Assembly (NCBI GenBank): GCA_964514565.1
Contig: CAZERA010000006.1
Coordinates: 1 to 47,879, forward strand
DNA: 47,879 nt
Direction: 5' to 3'
Source: an uncultured Candidatus Peribacteria bacterium
GTDB lineage: Bacteria; Patescibacteriota; Gracilibacteria; RBG-16-42-10
The translations under genes and the position numbers were made by a program. The stretch's first letter is position 1. Each line of letters opens with the position of its first letter. Below the pieces are notes generated by a model that was not told the origin of the DNA, searched no databases, and saw only the letters and a program-made list of their open reading frames with translations. This document shows, in pieces, positions 27,733 through 36,666 of this stretch.

Positions 27733-27744
27733 GTGGATGAGTAT

Positions 27745-28011
27745 TTATTTGCGAAGACCTAATTCAGCAACGAATGTGCCGTAAGCATCTTCTTTAGCGA
27801 TAGCTTTGAAATAATTAAGCAACTTGCGGCGTTTACCTACAAGCATCAAAAGACCTCGACGTGAGTGATTGTCTTTCTTATGCTTTTCGAGATGTCCAGT
27901 CAAATAAGTAATTCTTTCTGTAACCAAAGCGATTTGCACTTTGATTGAACCAGTGTCTTTACCATGAGCAGCATGCTTGGTAATGATGGTCTTTTTGATA
28001 GCTCGATCCAT
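27745..28011 (-). CDS. rpsO: 30S ribosomal protein S15
   Basis: [25 protein letters not shown]; promoter-like TTGCCA-17-TACTCT upstream. Confidence 0.97.
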   Translation of the reverse strand: MDRAIKKTIITKHAAHGKDTGSIKVQIALVTERITYLTGHLEKHKKDNHSRRGLLMLVGKRRKLLNYFKAIAKEDAYGTFVAELGLRK

Positions 28012-28091
28012 AAGAAATTTTTTTACATAAAAAGCGAACCGAGAGTAACACAAGGACTATTAATTGGCAATCGATTATTTGATCGCTCAAC

Positions 28092-28177
28092 AATGAAAAA
28101 CTAATAATGAAAAGTGAAAAATTTAAGCCATCACTATTGTGGCTAAACTTTTAATTATTCGCTATTCATTATTCACC
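28092..28177. repeat. heptamer-periodic inverted element, flavour 2
   Basis: Left arm AATGAAA AACTAAT AATGAAA AGTGAAA AATTTAA; core AGCCA-9 nt-TGGCT; right arm (reverse complement) GGTGAAT AATGAAT AGCGAAT AATTAAA AGTTTAG. Confidence 0.7.
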
Positions 28178-28183
28178 ACCTGC

Positions 28184-28885
28184 TTAACTATGCATACTAT
28201 AATCTACCAGTAGTGCTAGTGAATTGTTGATGAGGTGAAAAACAATGCCTGGTAAAATTGATCCTGATTTGTATCTCACCCATGCCAGCATAGATCCTAG
28301 AAATACTAGAGGAATAATAACTGTTAGTTCAAAATGAAATAACGCGAAAAGTAGTCCGTTTAGAAATATAGAAATATAGGGGTGTTTTTGTAATGGCAAA
28401 CAGATCATGCCCCAACCTCTAAATACATATTCCTCAATAGTGGGGGCAATAACAACTGCAGTAATAAAGGCTATCCACAAACCGAAACCTATCCCAACTA
28501 TTTCAATCAGTGAGATTTGTTGGCCTAGACCAGGGATGGTTTCAATGTGAAAGAAAACCTTTAGTGCTTGTAAAATTAGGATCAAACTAAAGTAGCTAAG
28601 AAAGATTATTAGTACATAACCAATCAATTGCCATATATTTTTTACCTGCCACTTGATTTGCGTTCTTTCTATAGGAAAACGGCGATAGAACCAGAAGTAA
28701 AGAATAGTAAGTAAAGTAACACTTTGGAGTCCGTAACCCCAAATAAATTGTTGCCAGCCATGCAGTCGTAGTCCTACTAGAATTGATAAGTAGTTGATAG
28801 CGTTGACCAAAACAACTACTGTCAAAAACATGCAGACAAACGATAGAAGATTCTTACCACGAAAGAGTGCGAGTATTTTGGTCAT
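28184..28885 (-). CDS. CPBP (CAAX/Abi) family intramembrane metalloprotease
   Basis: APTIEEYVFRG, FALFH, FHLINN, many TM helices. Confidence 0.92.
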   Translation of the reverse strand: MTKILALFRGKNLLSFVCMFLTVVVLVNAINYLSILVGLRLHGWQQFIWGYGLQSVTLLTILYFWFYRRFPIERTQIKWQVKNIWQLIGYVLIIFLSYFSLILILQALKVFFHIETIPGLGQQISLIEIVGIGFGLWIAFITAVVIAPTIEEYVFRGWGMICLPLQKHPYISIFLNGLLFALFHFELTVIIPLVFLGSMLAWVRYKSGSILPGIVFHLINNSLALLVDYSMHS

Positions 28886-29261
28886 GATAGGCAAAATGAA
28901 GTGCTAAATGTGGTAAGTCATATGCTTCGGGGACTTTTTCAGGCCATTCAATTACGATTAATTTTGCTTCACGTTGTATCTCTGGCCACAAGATTTCTTC
29001 TAGATCGCCGATAAATTTGTACATATCTAAATGATAAAAATGTTTTTTATCTGCCAAGATATATTCGCGGATATAGGTAAAAGTGGGGCTTACTATCGGT
29101 TGACTTACTTTTAAATAGCGGCCTAAATATTGTGTAAAAGTGGTCTTGCCAGCACCTAATGGTCCATGGAGCAAAAGTGTGTTCCGATCAGCTAAATCAC
29201 TCAGTATAGTAGGTATGATTTCGAGAAATTCTTCTGGGCTTTTGATTTGGATAGTAGGCAT
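28854..29261 (-). CDS. tsaE: tRNA threonylcarbamoyladenosine biosynthesis ATPase TsaE
   Basis: GPLGAGKT, SPTFT, YHLDMY, IEWPE. Confidence 0.95.
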   Translation of the reverse strand: MPTIQIKSPEEFLEIIPTILSDLADRNTLLLHGPLGAGKTTFTQYLGRYLKVSQPIVSPTFTYIREYILADKKHFYHLDMYKFIGDLEEILWPEIQREAKLIVIEWPEKVPEAYDLPHLALHFAYHDQNTRTLSW

Positions 29262-29315
29262 AATTGCAGGAGAAGCTCGGGCAGTATAATATTGGTTTGA
29301 TCAGAGAGCAAAAAA

Positions 29316-30485
29316 ATGTCTACACCATCTCCCCACACCAAAATTTATTTACGAGTAGAAAAAACAGAGACCTCTCCCAAGCATAACAAACTCAAAAGTG
29401 CCTGGGGTAGCATCAAAAAAGCTGGTATAACTTCAGCTCATTTTTTGAAGACTAAGAATCCTTTTCGTCAACAATCAAAACTAAGTGTTAGTAAACCCGC
29501 TGATCCTTCAATTAGCGCTCCAATAGCACTAAAGGCAAAGAATAATGCTAAGACATGGTTTTCGCATTGGCAAACAGGCCTGGGTAGAAGCCTAGTAGAG
29601 TTGCGTCGTAATATTCTGAGATCGCTAGCAACTATATTGATTATCTCTTTGGTACTAAGCACTTTGAGTATTGCTTTGATCGTTTCTTTTGTGACAGAAC
29701 AGGGTATTCGCATTATTAATACTAAGATTGATCTCAACGTGGAAATATTAGAGACCGTCACACTAGACAAGATTAATCCCCTGATAAAAGAAATTGAAGT
29801 TTTACCATATGTCACTAAAGTGGTGTATATCAGTAAGAATCAGGCACTAGAAGACTTTCGCCAAGAGCATCCTGACTTACCTGACTTTCTAAGTACGTAC
29901 AATATTAGTAATCCCCTACCTGCTAATTTGCGTATTAGTCTTACTGATCCCAAGAAATATTCTGACATGATCAACTTCTTGGATCAGAAGCAAAATGTTA
30001 GCTTAATCAATATTAGCAAAGCACGGGATAATTACACAAATCGAGACCGGATTGAACAGCTTATTTCTATTACTGACACAGTTAAGCATTTTCTCTACTT
30101 GTTTATTACGATCTTTGCTGCGATTGGTGTGCTGATTATTCTTTCTACTGTCCAACTTAGTTTGAATAGTAGAAAGAAAGAACTATCTATTATGCAGGTA
30201 GTCGGCGCTTCATATCAAAGGATTTTGATGCCATTTGCAATAGAAGCAACTGTACTGAGTACTATTAGTACAGTCATTGCTCTCATTTTTCTTTGGATTG
30301 TTGGTCAACGAATTTCTCCATTTGCAGTACAATACTTTGGCACAGAATCTGCTTCAGTGGTTCAATTCATGAAACTAAATTTTATCTCAATTACCGCACT
30401 ATTTATCTTAGTGTCGTTCTCAATCACGCTGATCACTACTTGGCTAACTGTTTGGAAATATCTTAGAAGCCAAAAATTGTTTTAG
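29316..30485 (+). CDS. ftsX: cell division permease FtsX
   Basis: RNILRSLATI, YISKNQALEDF, NPLPA, RKKELSIMQVVGAS..I..PF.IE. Confidence 0.88.
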   Translation: MSTPSPHTKIYLRVEKTETSPKHNKLKSAWGSIKKAGITSAHFLKTKNPFRQQSKLSVSKPADPSISAPIALKAKNNAKTWFSHWQTGLGRSLVELRRNILRSLATILIISLVLSTLSIALIVSFVTEQGIRIINTKIDLNVEILETVTLDKINPLIKEIEVLPYVTKVVYISKNQALEDFRQEHPDLPDFLSTYNISNPLPANLRISLTDPKKYSDMINFLDQKQNVSLINISKARDNYTNRDRIEQLISITDTVKHFLYLFITIFAAIGVLIILSTVQLSLNSRKKELSIMQVVGASYQRILMPFAIEATVLSTISTVIALIFLWIVGQRISPFAVQYFGTESASVVQFMKLNFISITALFILVSFSITLITTWLTVWKYLRSQKLF

Positions 30486-31221
30486 TATTTTGGAGTACCT
30501 GTGGAGCTAATTTGCCTAATGAAGTCTGATAAAGATCAGCTACTTTTTGAGCTGTCTCAACGACGAATGCTGGTTCACACCTCTTGCCACGGTGTTGGCC
30601 AGGTGAAAGAAAAGGACTGTCTGTTTCCCACAATAAGTGATCCAGCGGAATGGTAGGCACAGCAGCTTGCAGCTCTTTAGCATTGGTAAAAGTGACAATA
30701 CCACTAAGTGAAATATATCCGCCCAGTCGAACAATCCATGCTACATCTTGTGCTGTCCCAGTAAAACAATGCACAACAAATCTAAGCGTGGGATAATCAT
30801 TTAAGATCCTTTGAGCATCAGTGAAAGCATCACGTATGTGCAAAACTATTGGTTTTTGGTATTTGAGTGCTAACTCAATTTGAGCACGAAAAACAGCTTC
30901 TTGCAGTTCCTTGCTATTGGTAGTTCTGAAATAATCTAAGCCGGCCTCGCCCACTGCTTTGACTTTGGGATCCTGCATCTTTTCGTCGAGCCATAGACTC
31001 ACCTCACTATTCCACTCATGCACATGGTGTGGATGAATACCCAAAGCAAAGAAGCAATCAGGCCGTCCACTGAGCAGGGCAAAACCCGTAAGGTTGGTAG
31101 TATGGTCATTGCCAACAATCATAAAAGACTCAACACCCGCTTGGTGTGCTCGTGCAAAGACCTGATCACGATCAGGATCAAACTCAGACATGTGGATATG
31201 GCAATGGCTGTCTATGTACAT
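30463..31221 (-). CDS. tatD: TatD family hydrolase
   Basis: DSHCH, GIHPH, GEAGLDY, HCFTG, ETDSP. Confidence 0.93.
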   Translation of the reverse strand: MYIDSHCHIHMSEFDPDRDQVFARAHQAGVESFMIVGNDHTTNLTGFALLSGRPDCFFALGIHPHHVHEWNSEVSLWLDEKMQDPKVKAVGEAGLDYFRTTNSKELQEAVFRAQIELALKYQKPIVLHIRDAFTDAQRILNDYPTLRFVVHCFTGTAQDVAWIVRLGGYISLSGIVTFTNAKELQAAVPTIPLDHLLWETDSPFLSPGQHRGKRCEPAFVVETAQKVADLYQTSLGKLAPQVLQNTKTIFGF

Positions 31222-31222
31222 A

Positions 31223-31960
31223 TTAAATCAAGAAACGATCAAAGAAAGATCCGTAAGCACGAAGGCGCAATACATTACTGAGATAATATTGTTGTTCATT
31301 TTTGGGTTGGACCAAAAACTCTAACTCATATCGACCCCGTTCCTGCAGTGTCAAAGTAAAGTGTACTTCATGTTTTACTACTTTGTAGCTGATGCTAAAT
31401 GGCTTTTGATACTTCTCACGAACAGAGACTTGTTCAAAAGGTTCTATCGTAGTGGCTAATAACGCTAGAGGCTTATCATACTTTACATAAAGTTTACTCC
31501 AGTTTAGTTTGAGGAAACGACGTGCGAAGTTTTGGGTGAAATAGTAGGTCTTGTCTTTTGCTTGTATCACGCCTACACCAACACAATTGAAGTCTTTATA
31601 GAGGATATTAGCTCTATGCCCAGGACTTTTCATGAGTGCTTTCTCTGCTTCTTCAGTGACATGTTCAAAGCCTCGCATCTTGGCTAGATTCTCACCAAAG
31701 GTCGTATCTGTAATACCAGCTCCTCGAATTCGGTCGCCTGGGTCACGGTTGAAGGGATCGACGTGGGCAAAGAAATCTTGCTCGGCCATATGAAAAGAGT
31801 GATTACGCGCTACATTGCGTAAATCATTTTGCATGGTGAGAGTAGAAAGGTTGTGAAACTTGCGGTCTTGGTTGAGCAGCATCAACATTCGCCATTCCAT
31901 GGTACGTAGACTATTGGGGAGAAAGAGGCTATGTAACCAATAATAGAGACGGTCATGCAT
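31223..31960 (-). CDS. CAP/SCP (YkwD-like) domain protein
   Basis: ARNHSFHMA..FFAH, GENLA, MKSPGHRANIL, VGVG, YFTQNF. Confidence 0.88.
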   Translation of the reverse strand: MHDRLYYWLHSLFLPNSLRTMEWRMLMLLNQDRKFHNLSTLTMQNDLRNVARNHSFHMAEQDFFAHVDPFNRDPGDRIRGAGITDTTFGENLAKMRGFEHVTEEAEKALMKSPGHRANILYKDFNCVGVGVIQAKDKTYYFTQNFARRFLKLNWSKLYVKYDKPLALLATTIEPFEQVSVREKYQKPFSISYKVVKHEVHFTLTLQERGRYELEFLVQPKNEQQYYLSNVLRLRAYGSFFDRFLI

Positions 31961-31963
31961 AGT

Positions 31964-33028
31964 TTATTCGCTCAGTGATTCTTTTTCAGCTGCTAATTGT
32001 AGTGAACTGATAATGTTATCAATATCTCCATCTAAAATCTGTGGCAAGCCAGACCAACTCTCATGGATACGATGGTCAGTCACACGGTCTTGGGCGAAAT
32101 TGTAGGTGCGAATCTTTTCGCTTCGGTCACCCGAGCCAATTTGAGATTTGCGCATTGAACTACGCTCGTTGTTGAGGCGATCAATTTCTTGAGCCAATAA
32201 GCGAGAACGTAAAACTTGCATCGCTTTGGCTCTGTTTTTTTGTTGGGATTTCTCATCCTGACAGGTGACGATCAAACCCGTAGGCAAATAAGTAATGCGA
32301 ACTGCTGAATCTGTTGTGTTTACACTTTGTCCACCGTGTCCACCAGCTCTAAACACATCAATCCGAATATCTTCATTGCGAATATTGACATCTGCTTCTT
32401 GGGCTTCAGGCAAAATAGAGACTGTAGCTGTTGATGTATGAATACGCCCCATGCTCTCCGTAGCTGGTACGCGTTGGACACGATGCACACCACTTTCTAA
32501 TTTGAGTTTTCCATATGCTCCTTCACCTTTGATCATAATAGCGATTTCTTTCACGGACCCCACGTCACCATAACTCGCATGCATTAGTTCAGTTTTCCAA
32601 TTATGCTTCTCGGCATAGCGGGTATACATGCGCAAAAGATCTGCAGCAAATAGTCCAGCCTCATCACCGCCTGTACCAGCTCTCAATTCCAAAATAATAT
32701 TTTTTTCGTCATTGGGATCTATTGGTACCAACAAAAGACGCAGCTTCATATCTGCCTCGTGGATTTTGGCATCTAAACCATTTAAGTCGTCTTTGGCCAT
32801 AGTGACCAAGTCTTGATCAGTTTCTGACTGAATGATTGTTTCTAAGTCACTCTTTTCTTTGACAAGCTTCTCATAAAAGACTGCACCTTCAATAATAGTA
32901 GAAAGCTGACCATGACGACGTGCGACGGTTTCATGACGTTTACGATCTTTGAAAATAGCTGGATCAGCTAATTGCTTTTCCAGCTCTTCAAATTCTAATC
33001 GGAGTGCAGGCAGTTTATTCAATACCAT
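31964..33028 (-). CDS. prfA: peptide chain release factor 1
   Basis: GTGGDEA, PAT anticodon motif, [12 protein letters not shown]. Confidence 0.97.
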   Translation of the reverse strand: MVLNKLPALRLEFEELEKQLADPAIFKDRKRHETVARRHGQLSTIIEGAVFYEKLVKEKSDLETIIQSETDQDLVTMAKDDLNGLDAKIHEADMKLRLLLVPIDPNDEKNIILELRAGTGGDEAGLFAADLLRMYTRYAEKHNWKTELMHASYGDVGSVKEIAIMIKGEGAYGKLKLESGVHRVQRVPATESMGRIHTSTATVSILPEAQEADVNIRNEDIRIDVFRAGGHGGQSVNTTDSAVRITYLPTGLIVTCQDEKSQQKNRAKAMQVLRSRLLAQEIDRLNNERSSMRKSQIGSGDRSEKIRTYNFAQDRVTDHRIHESWSGLPQILDGDIDNIISSLQLAAEKESLSE

Positions 33029-33056
33029 ACAGATAAACTAAATGGTACTAAAGTAA

Positions 33057-33386
33057 CTACTTCTTTGCTGCTTTTTTAGCAGGTGCTTTCTTTGCTTTTG
33101 GTGCTTTAGCATCAAGTGAAGATGTCTCATCTTCGCTATCATCAGTTGTCTCGTCACGTTTAGCAATTTGCTCTTTTGCTTCAGCAGACTTTTTCATCTT
33201 AGCGAAGAATTTATCGACCTGACCCGCAGTATCGATTAATTTCTGTTTACCAGTATAAAAAGGATGACAAGCAGAACAGATTTCAGTATGGATTTCCTTC
33301 AAAGTAGATCCCATATCAAATGTAGCTCCACAAGCGCAAGTCGCTGTCACTTTGTCATTGTATGTAGGATGGATACTTGTTTTCAT
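33057..33386 (-). CDS. rpmE: 50S ribosomal protein L31 (Zn type) with charged C-terminal tail
   Basis: MKTSIHP, CACG, CSACHPFYTGKQ. Confidence 0.96.
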   Translation of the reverse strand: MKTSIHPTYNDKVTATCACGATFDMGSTLKEIHTEICSACHPFYTGKQKLIDTAGQVDKFFAKMKKSAEAKEQIAKRDETTDDSEDETSSLDAKAPKAKKAPAKKAAKK

Positions 33387-33408
33387 ATGTTGAATAAATA
33401 ACGAAGTT

Positions 33409-33437
33409 AGTTTAGGGGGTGGTAGATCATTTGTCAA
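33409..33437 (-). promoter_or_regulatory. sigma70-type promoter of rpmE-prfA
   Basis: Minus strand TTGACA-17 nt-TAAACT. Confidence 0.7.
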
Positions 33438-33454
33438 AACAAATGATGAGGCCG

Positions 33455-33494
33455 GTTGGGAGGTGAGAAGTAAAAGGTAAGAGGGAAGAAGTTT
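33455..33494. repeat. heptamer-periodic element, flavour 1, solo copy
   Basis: GTTGG GAGGTGA GAAGTAA AAGGTAA GAGGGAA GAAGTTT. Confidence 0.75.
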
Positions 33495-33540
33495 GCGGGC
33501 TTTTGGATTATTGTATCTTTTCGCTTTTCAGTGATAGCAC

Positions 33541-33569
33541 TTACTACAATGGTCAGAATAGCTTATAAT
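33541..33569 (+). promoter_or_regulatory. sigma70-type promoter of gap-pgk
   Basis: TTACTA-17 nt-TATAAT. Confidence 0.5.
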
Positions 33570-33589
33570 GTTAGGAATAAGAAATAAAT

Positions 33590-34603
33590 ATGGCTAAAAC
33601 AAAAGTGGGTATCAATGGATTTGGGCGTATTGGCAGATTGTTTCTCCGTAGTATCAAAAATAATGCTCAATTTGAAGTGGTAGCGATTAATTCTGGTTCT
33701 AATCCAGCTTCACATGCTTTTTTGTTTCAACATGACTCTTCATATGGGGCCTATCAAGGTACTGTAGAGGCTAAAGACAAAAGTATTGTGGTCGATGGTA
33801 ATGAAATCGCAGTCTATAAAGTAAAAGATCCAGGTGAGATTCCTTGGCAAGAAACTGGTGTGGAAGTAGTGATTGAATGTTCTGGTTTATTTACTGATCG
33901 AGATACTGCTAGTAAGCATCTCCATGGCAGCGTGAAGAAAGTAATTATTTCTGCTCCAGGCAAGGGTGTAGATGGCACGTTTGTAATGGGTGTGAACGAA
34001 GCTAGCTACGACACCAATACTCAACATGTGATCGCTAATGCGTCATGTACGACCAACTGCTTAACTCCAGTCGTCTATCTCCTCAATAAAGCGTATGGCA
34101 TCAAACATGCTCAGATGAGTACAACGCACTCTTATACTAGTGATCAGAACCTCCTGGATAATTCCCATCCTAAGGATATGCGAAGAGCACGAGCTGCTGC
34201 TGACAATATTGTTCCTACTACTACTGGGGCGGCAATTGCAACTACGGAAGTAATTCCGGAGTTGAAAGGGAAGATTAGTGGTATCTCTTTGCGTGTACCA
34301 ACTAGCACTGTCTCTGTACTGTACCTAGTAGCTGAACTCAATCAAACTGTGACTCGAGAACAAGTAAATGAGTTGTTTAAACTAGCTAGTATGAACAATT
34401 TTAAAGGATATTTGGATTTCTCCAATGAACCATTGGTATCTAGTGACTACAAAGGTAGCACTTTCTCCAGTATTGTTGATGGTCTTTCTACTGACGTAGT
34501 CGATGGCACTATGGTTAGTGTGGTGGCTTGGTATGACAATGAATGGGGCTATACACAACGTTTGGTCAATTTGACTGAGTATATTTGTGCTAGAGTAAGC
34601 TAA
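33590..34603 (+). CDS. gap: type I glyceraldehyde-3-phosphate dehydrogenase
   Basis: GINGFGRIGR, ASCTTNC, WYDNEWGY. Confidence 0.98.
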   Translation: MAKTKVGINGFGRIGRLFLRSIKNNAQFEVVAINSGSNPASHAFLFQHDSSYGAYQGTVEAKDKSIVVDGNEIAVYKVKDPGEIPWQETGVEVVIECSGLFTDRDTASKHLHGSVKKVIISAPGKGVDGTFVMGVNEASYDTNTQHVIANASCTTNCLTPVVYLLNKAYGIKHAQMSTTHSYTSDQNLLDNSHPKDMRRARAAADNIVPTTTGAAIATTEVIPELKGKISGISLRVPTSTVSVLYLVAELNQTVTREQVNELFKLASMNNFKGYLDFSNEPLVSSDYKGSTFSSIVDGLSTDVVDGTMVSVVAWYDNEWGYTQRLVNLTEYICARVS

Positions 34604-34607
34604 TAGC

Positions 34608-35702
34608 ATGTCTTTATTGCGACAATTGCCAATATCATTCCCACCTCACACAGTAGCAGTACTTCGTGTAGATTTTAATGTACCACTTGATTTGTCTGGT
34701 CAGATTCTTGATCCTCTACGGGTAACTAATCATAAGGCTACTATTGATCTCTTGCGCAAAATGGGGTGTAAAGTTGTACTCTTGGCTCATCTTGGCAAGC
34801 CAAATGGTAAGTATAAAGAAGAACTCTCTTTTGCTCCTCTGCTTGGTCAATTGGAAAAGTTACTAGCTGTAACGATTAATCTTCAACTCTTACAAGATTA
34901 TCATGCCGGTGCTGAGATTACCTTGATCGACAATATTCGCTTTTTCCCTGAAGAAGAGGAAAATGAGGCAGAGTTTAGTCAAAAATTAGCAAGTCTGGGA
35001 ACGGTCTACATTAATGATGCTTTTTCAGTAAGTCACAGGGCCCATGCTTCTACAGTAGGAATTACCAACTATTTGCCTAGTTTTGCAGGTCCAGCACTAC
35101 AAAAAGAATACAGTTCGCTAACGAGGGTATTGCAAGATCCTACCAAGCCGATCACGCTTATTGTTGGTGGCAAAAAGGTATCAGATAAAATCGGGGTCTT
35201 GGAACATCTAGCTCCAAAAGTTGATCATGTCTTAGTGGGTGGGGCATGTGCCAATGTGTTTTATCGAGCTCAAAACAGAGATGTTGGTAACTCATATGTG
35301 GAAACCAGTATGATTGAAACTTGTACAGCATTGCTTCAGAGATATGCTGAAAGAATTGTATTACCTACTGACTTTGCTGAGAAAGATGGAATGTATTTAG
35401 ATATTGGAGCTAAGACAATTGAAAACTTTAGTAAGATTATCAAACAAAGCCATACTGTTATCTGGGCTGGTCCGATGGGAAAATATGAAGAGGCTCCTTT
35501 TGGGAAAGGAACAGTTGCTCTTCTTGATCAAATAATAAGCCCTACTATCACTAGTATTGTTGGTGGTGGAGATACTATTGCTGCTTTGCAGTCGCAGGTA
35601 AAACTGCAGAAAGTGTCATTAGTATCACTCGGGGGTGGAGCAATGTTGGAATTTTTGGCCAAAGAACACTTGCCAGCAACTGATTGTTTATTTGAGCGAT
35701 AG
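34608..35702 (+). CDS. pgk: phosphoglycerate kinase
   Basis: RVDFNVP, HLGKP, NDAFSVSHRAHAS, GGGDT, GGGAML. Confidence 0.96.
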   Translation: MSLLRQLPISFPPHTVAVLRVDFNVPLDLSGQILDPLRVTNHKATIDLLRKMGCKVVLLAHLGKPNGKYKEELSFAPLLGQLEKLLAVTINLQLLQDYHAGAEITLIDNIRFFPEEEENEAEFSQKLASLGTVYINDAFSVSHRAHASTVGITNYLPSFAGPALQKEYSSLTRVLQDPTKPITLIVGGKKVSDKIGVLEHLAPKVDHVLVGGACANVFYRAQNRDVGNSYVETSMIETCTALLQRYAERIVLPTDFAEKDGMYLDIGAKTIENFSKIIKQSHTVIWAGPMGKYEEAPFGKGTVALLDQIISPTITSIVGGGDTIAALQSQVKLQKVSLVSLGGGAMLEFLAKEHLPATDCLFER

Positions 35703-36410
35703 TTGTTTTAAGGTAGCAAATATAGCTTGTAGTGAAGTGATGTCGGTTGATGCTCTTCCAACTAAAAATCCAGCTAGCTCTGGGAAATAAAGTAGCTTGA
35801 GACTATCAGCATCAACACTGCCACCATAGAGCATGTGATTGAAACCAAAGGTTTGCGCTAAGGCTAAAACTTTCTTGATAATAGTTATTGAAGCAGTTTG
35901 GGTGCCGCCAATGCTCCATTGTGGCTCGTAAGCCAATGTTACTTGTGCAGCCTCATTACGAAGTAGTTTACTATATACTTGGAGTTGTTTTTTTAAATGT
36001 AAGAGCAAACTCTCATCATTTTCTTGTAGCTCCTTTTCACCAAAACAAAGTATCACCTTCTTTTTTAAGCCGAGTGCTATCTGTAACTTTTGGCTAAAGT
36101 CTTCGCTTGTTTCATGATTAAGCCTCTCTCTTTCAGAATGGGCGATGAGTACACTATCTGCTCCTACAAAGTCCGCACGGATGCTACCGGTTTGGGCTGG
36201 TATCAGACTAGTAGCAAAATCTTGCGCCCCAATTTGGATTGGTGATCGTGCATTCGTAGTGAGTTCTGTAATCTCTCTGATACTAAGAAAGGAGGGTAAT
36301 AGTGTTAATTGATGAACTTGGGGGAATGGGGTGCCCGTCACTAATTCTTTTGCAAGAGCAATTTCTTGTACTGGTGAGAGATATTGTTTCCAATTGGCAA
36401 CGATGTGCAT
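35688..36410 (-). CDS. tpiA: triosephosphate isomerase (divergent)
   Basis: ANWK, HSER, AYEPQWSIG, LYGGSV, GFLVGRAS. Confidence 0.9.
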   Translation of the reverse strand: MHIVANWKQYLSPVQEIALAKELVTGTPFPQVHQLTLLPSFLSIREITELTTNARSPIQIGAQDFATSLIPAQTGSIRADFVGADSVLIAHSERERLNHETSEDFSQKLQIALGLKKKVILCFGEKELQENDESLLLHLKKQLQVYSKLLRNEAAQVTLAYEPQWSIGGTQTASITIIKKVLALAQTFGFNHMLYGGSVDADSLKLLYFPELAGFLVGRASTDITSLQAIFATLKQLSLK

Positions 36411-36522
36411 GGTGAAAGAATTACTATATAGATAGTAGTCTACTTTTGACTGTGTGTTCAAATTTAAACTAGGGATGGTTTTATTGACTGATCCCGCAGT
36501 AGCGGAACTGAGCTGGAATTGT

Positions 36523-36551
36523 TTGACAGGCTTTCGCAGACTCGGTACCAT
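36523..36551 (+). promoter_or_regulatory. sigma70-type promoter of rpsB-tsf
   Basis: TTGACA-17 nt-TACCAT. Confidence 0.75.
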
Positions 36552-36557
36552 CTTTAT

Positions 36558-36666
36558 TGTGTGAATTATTACTTATCCCAGTGGTTTTCCGGATCGTTCT
36601 GACCTCTCCACATATAGTGGAGCAAAGAATGAATTGAAGGGAAATCGCGCTAACCCTAAGGTTTCT
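36558..36666 (+). ncRNA. structured rpsB 5' leader (candidate S2 autoregulatory RNA)
   Basis: Nested stems 36581-90/36639-48, 36594-600/36626-32 and CTCCAC/GTGGAG, followed by TAACC. Confidence 0.55.
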
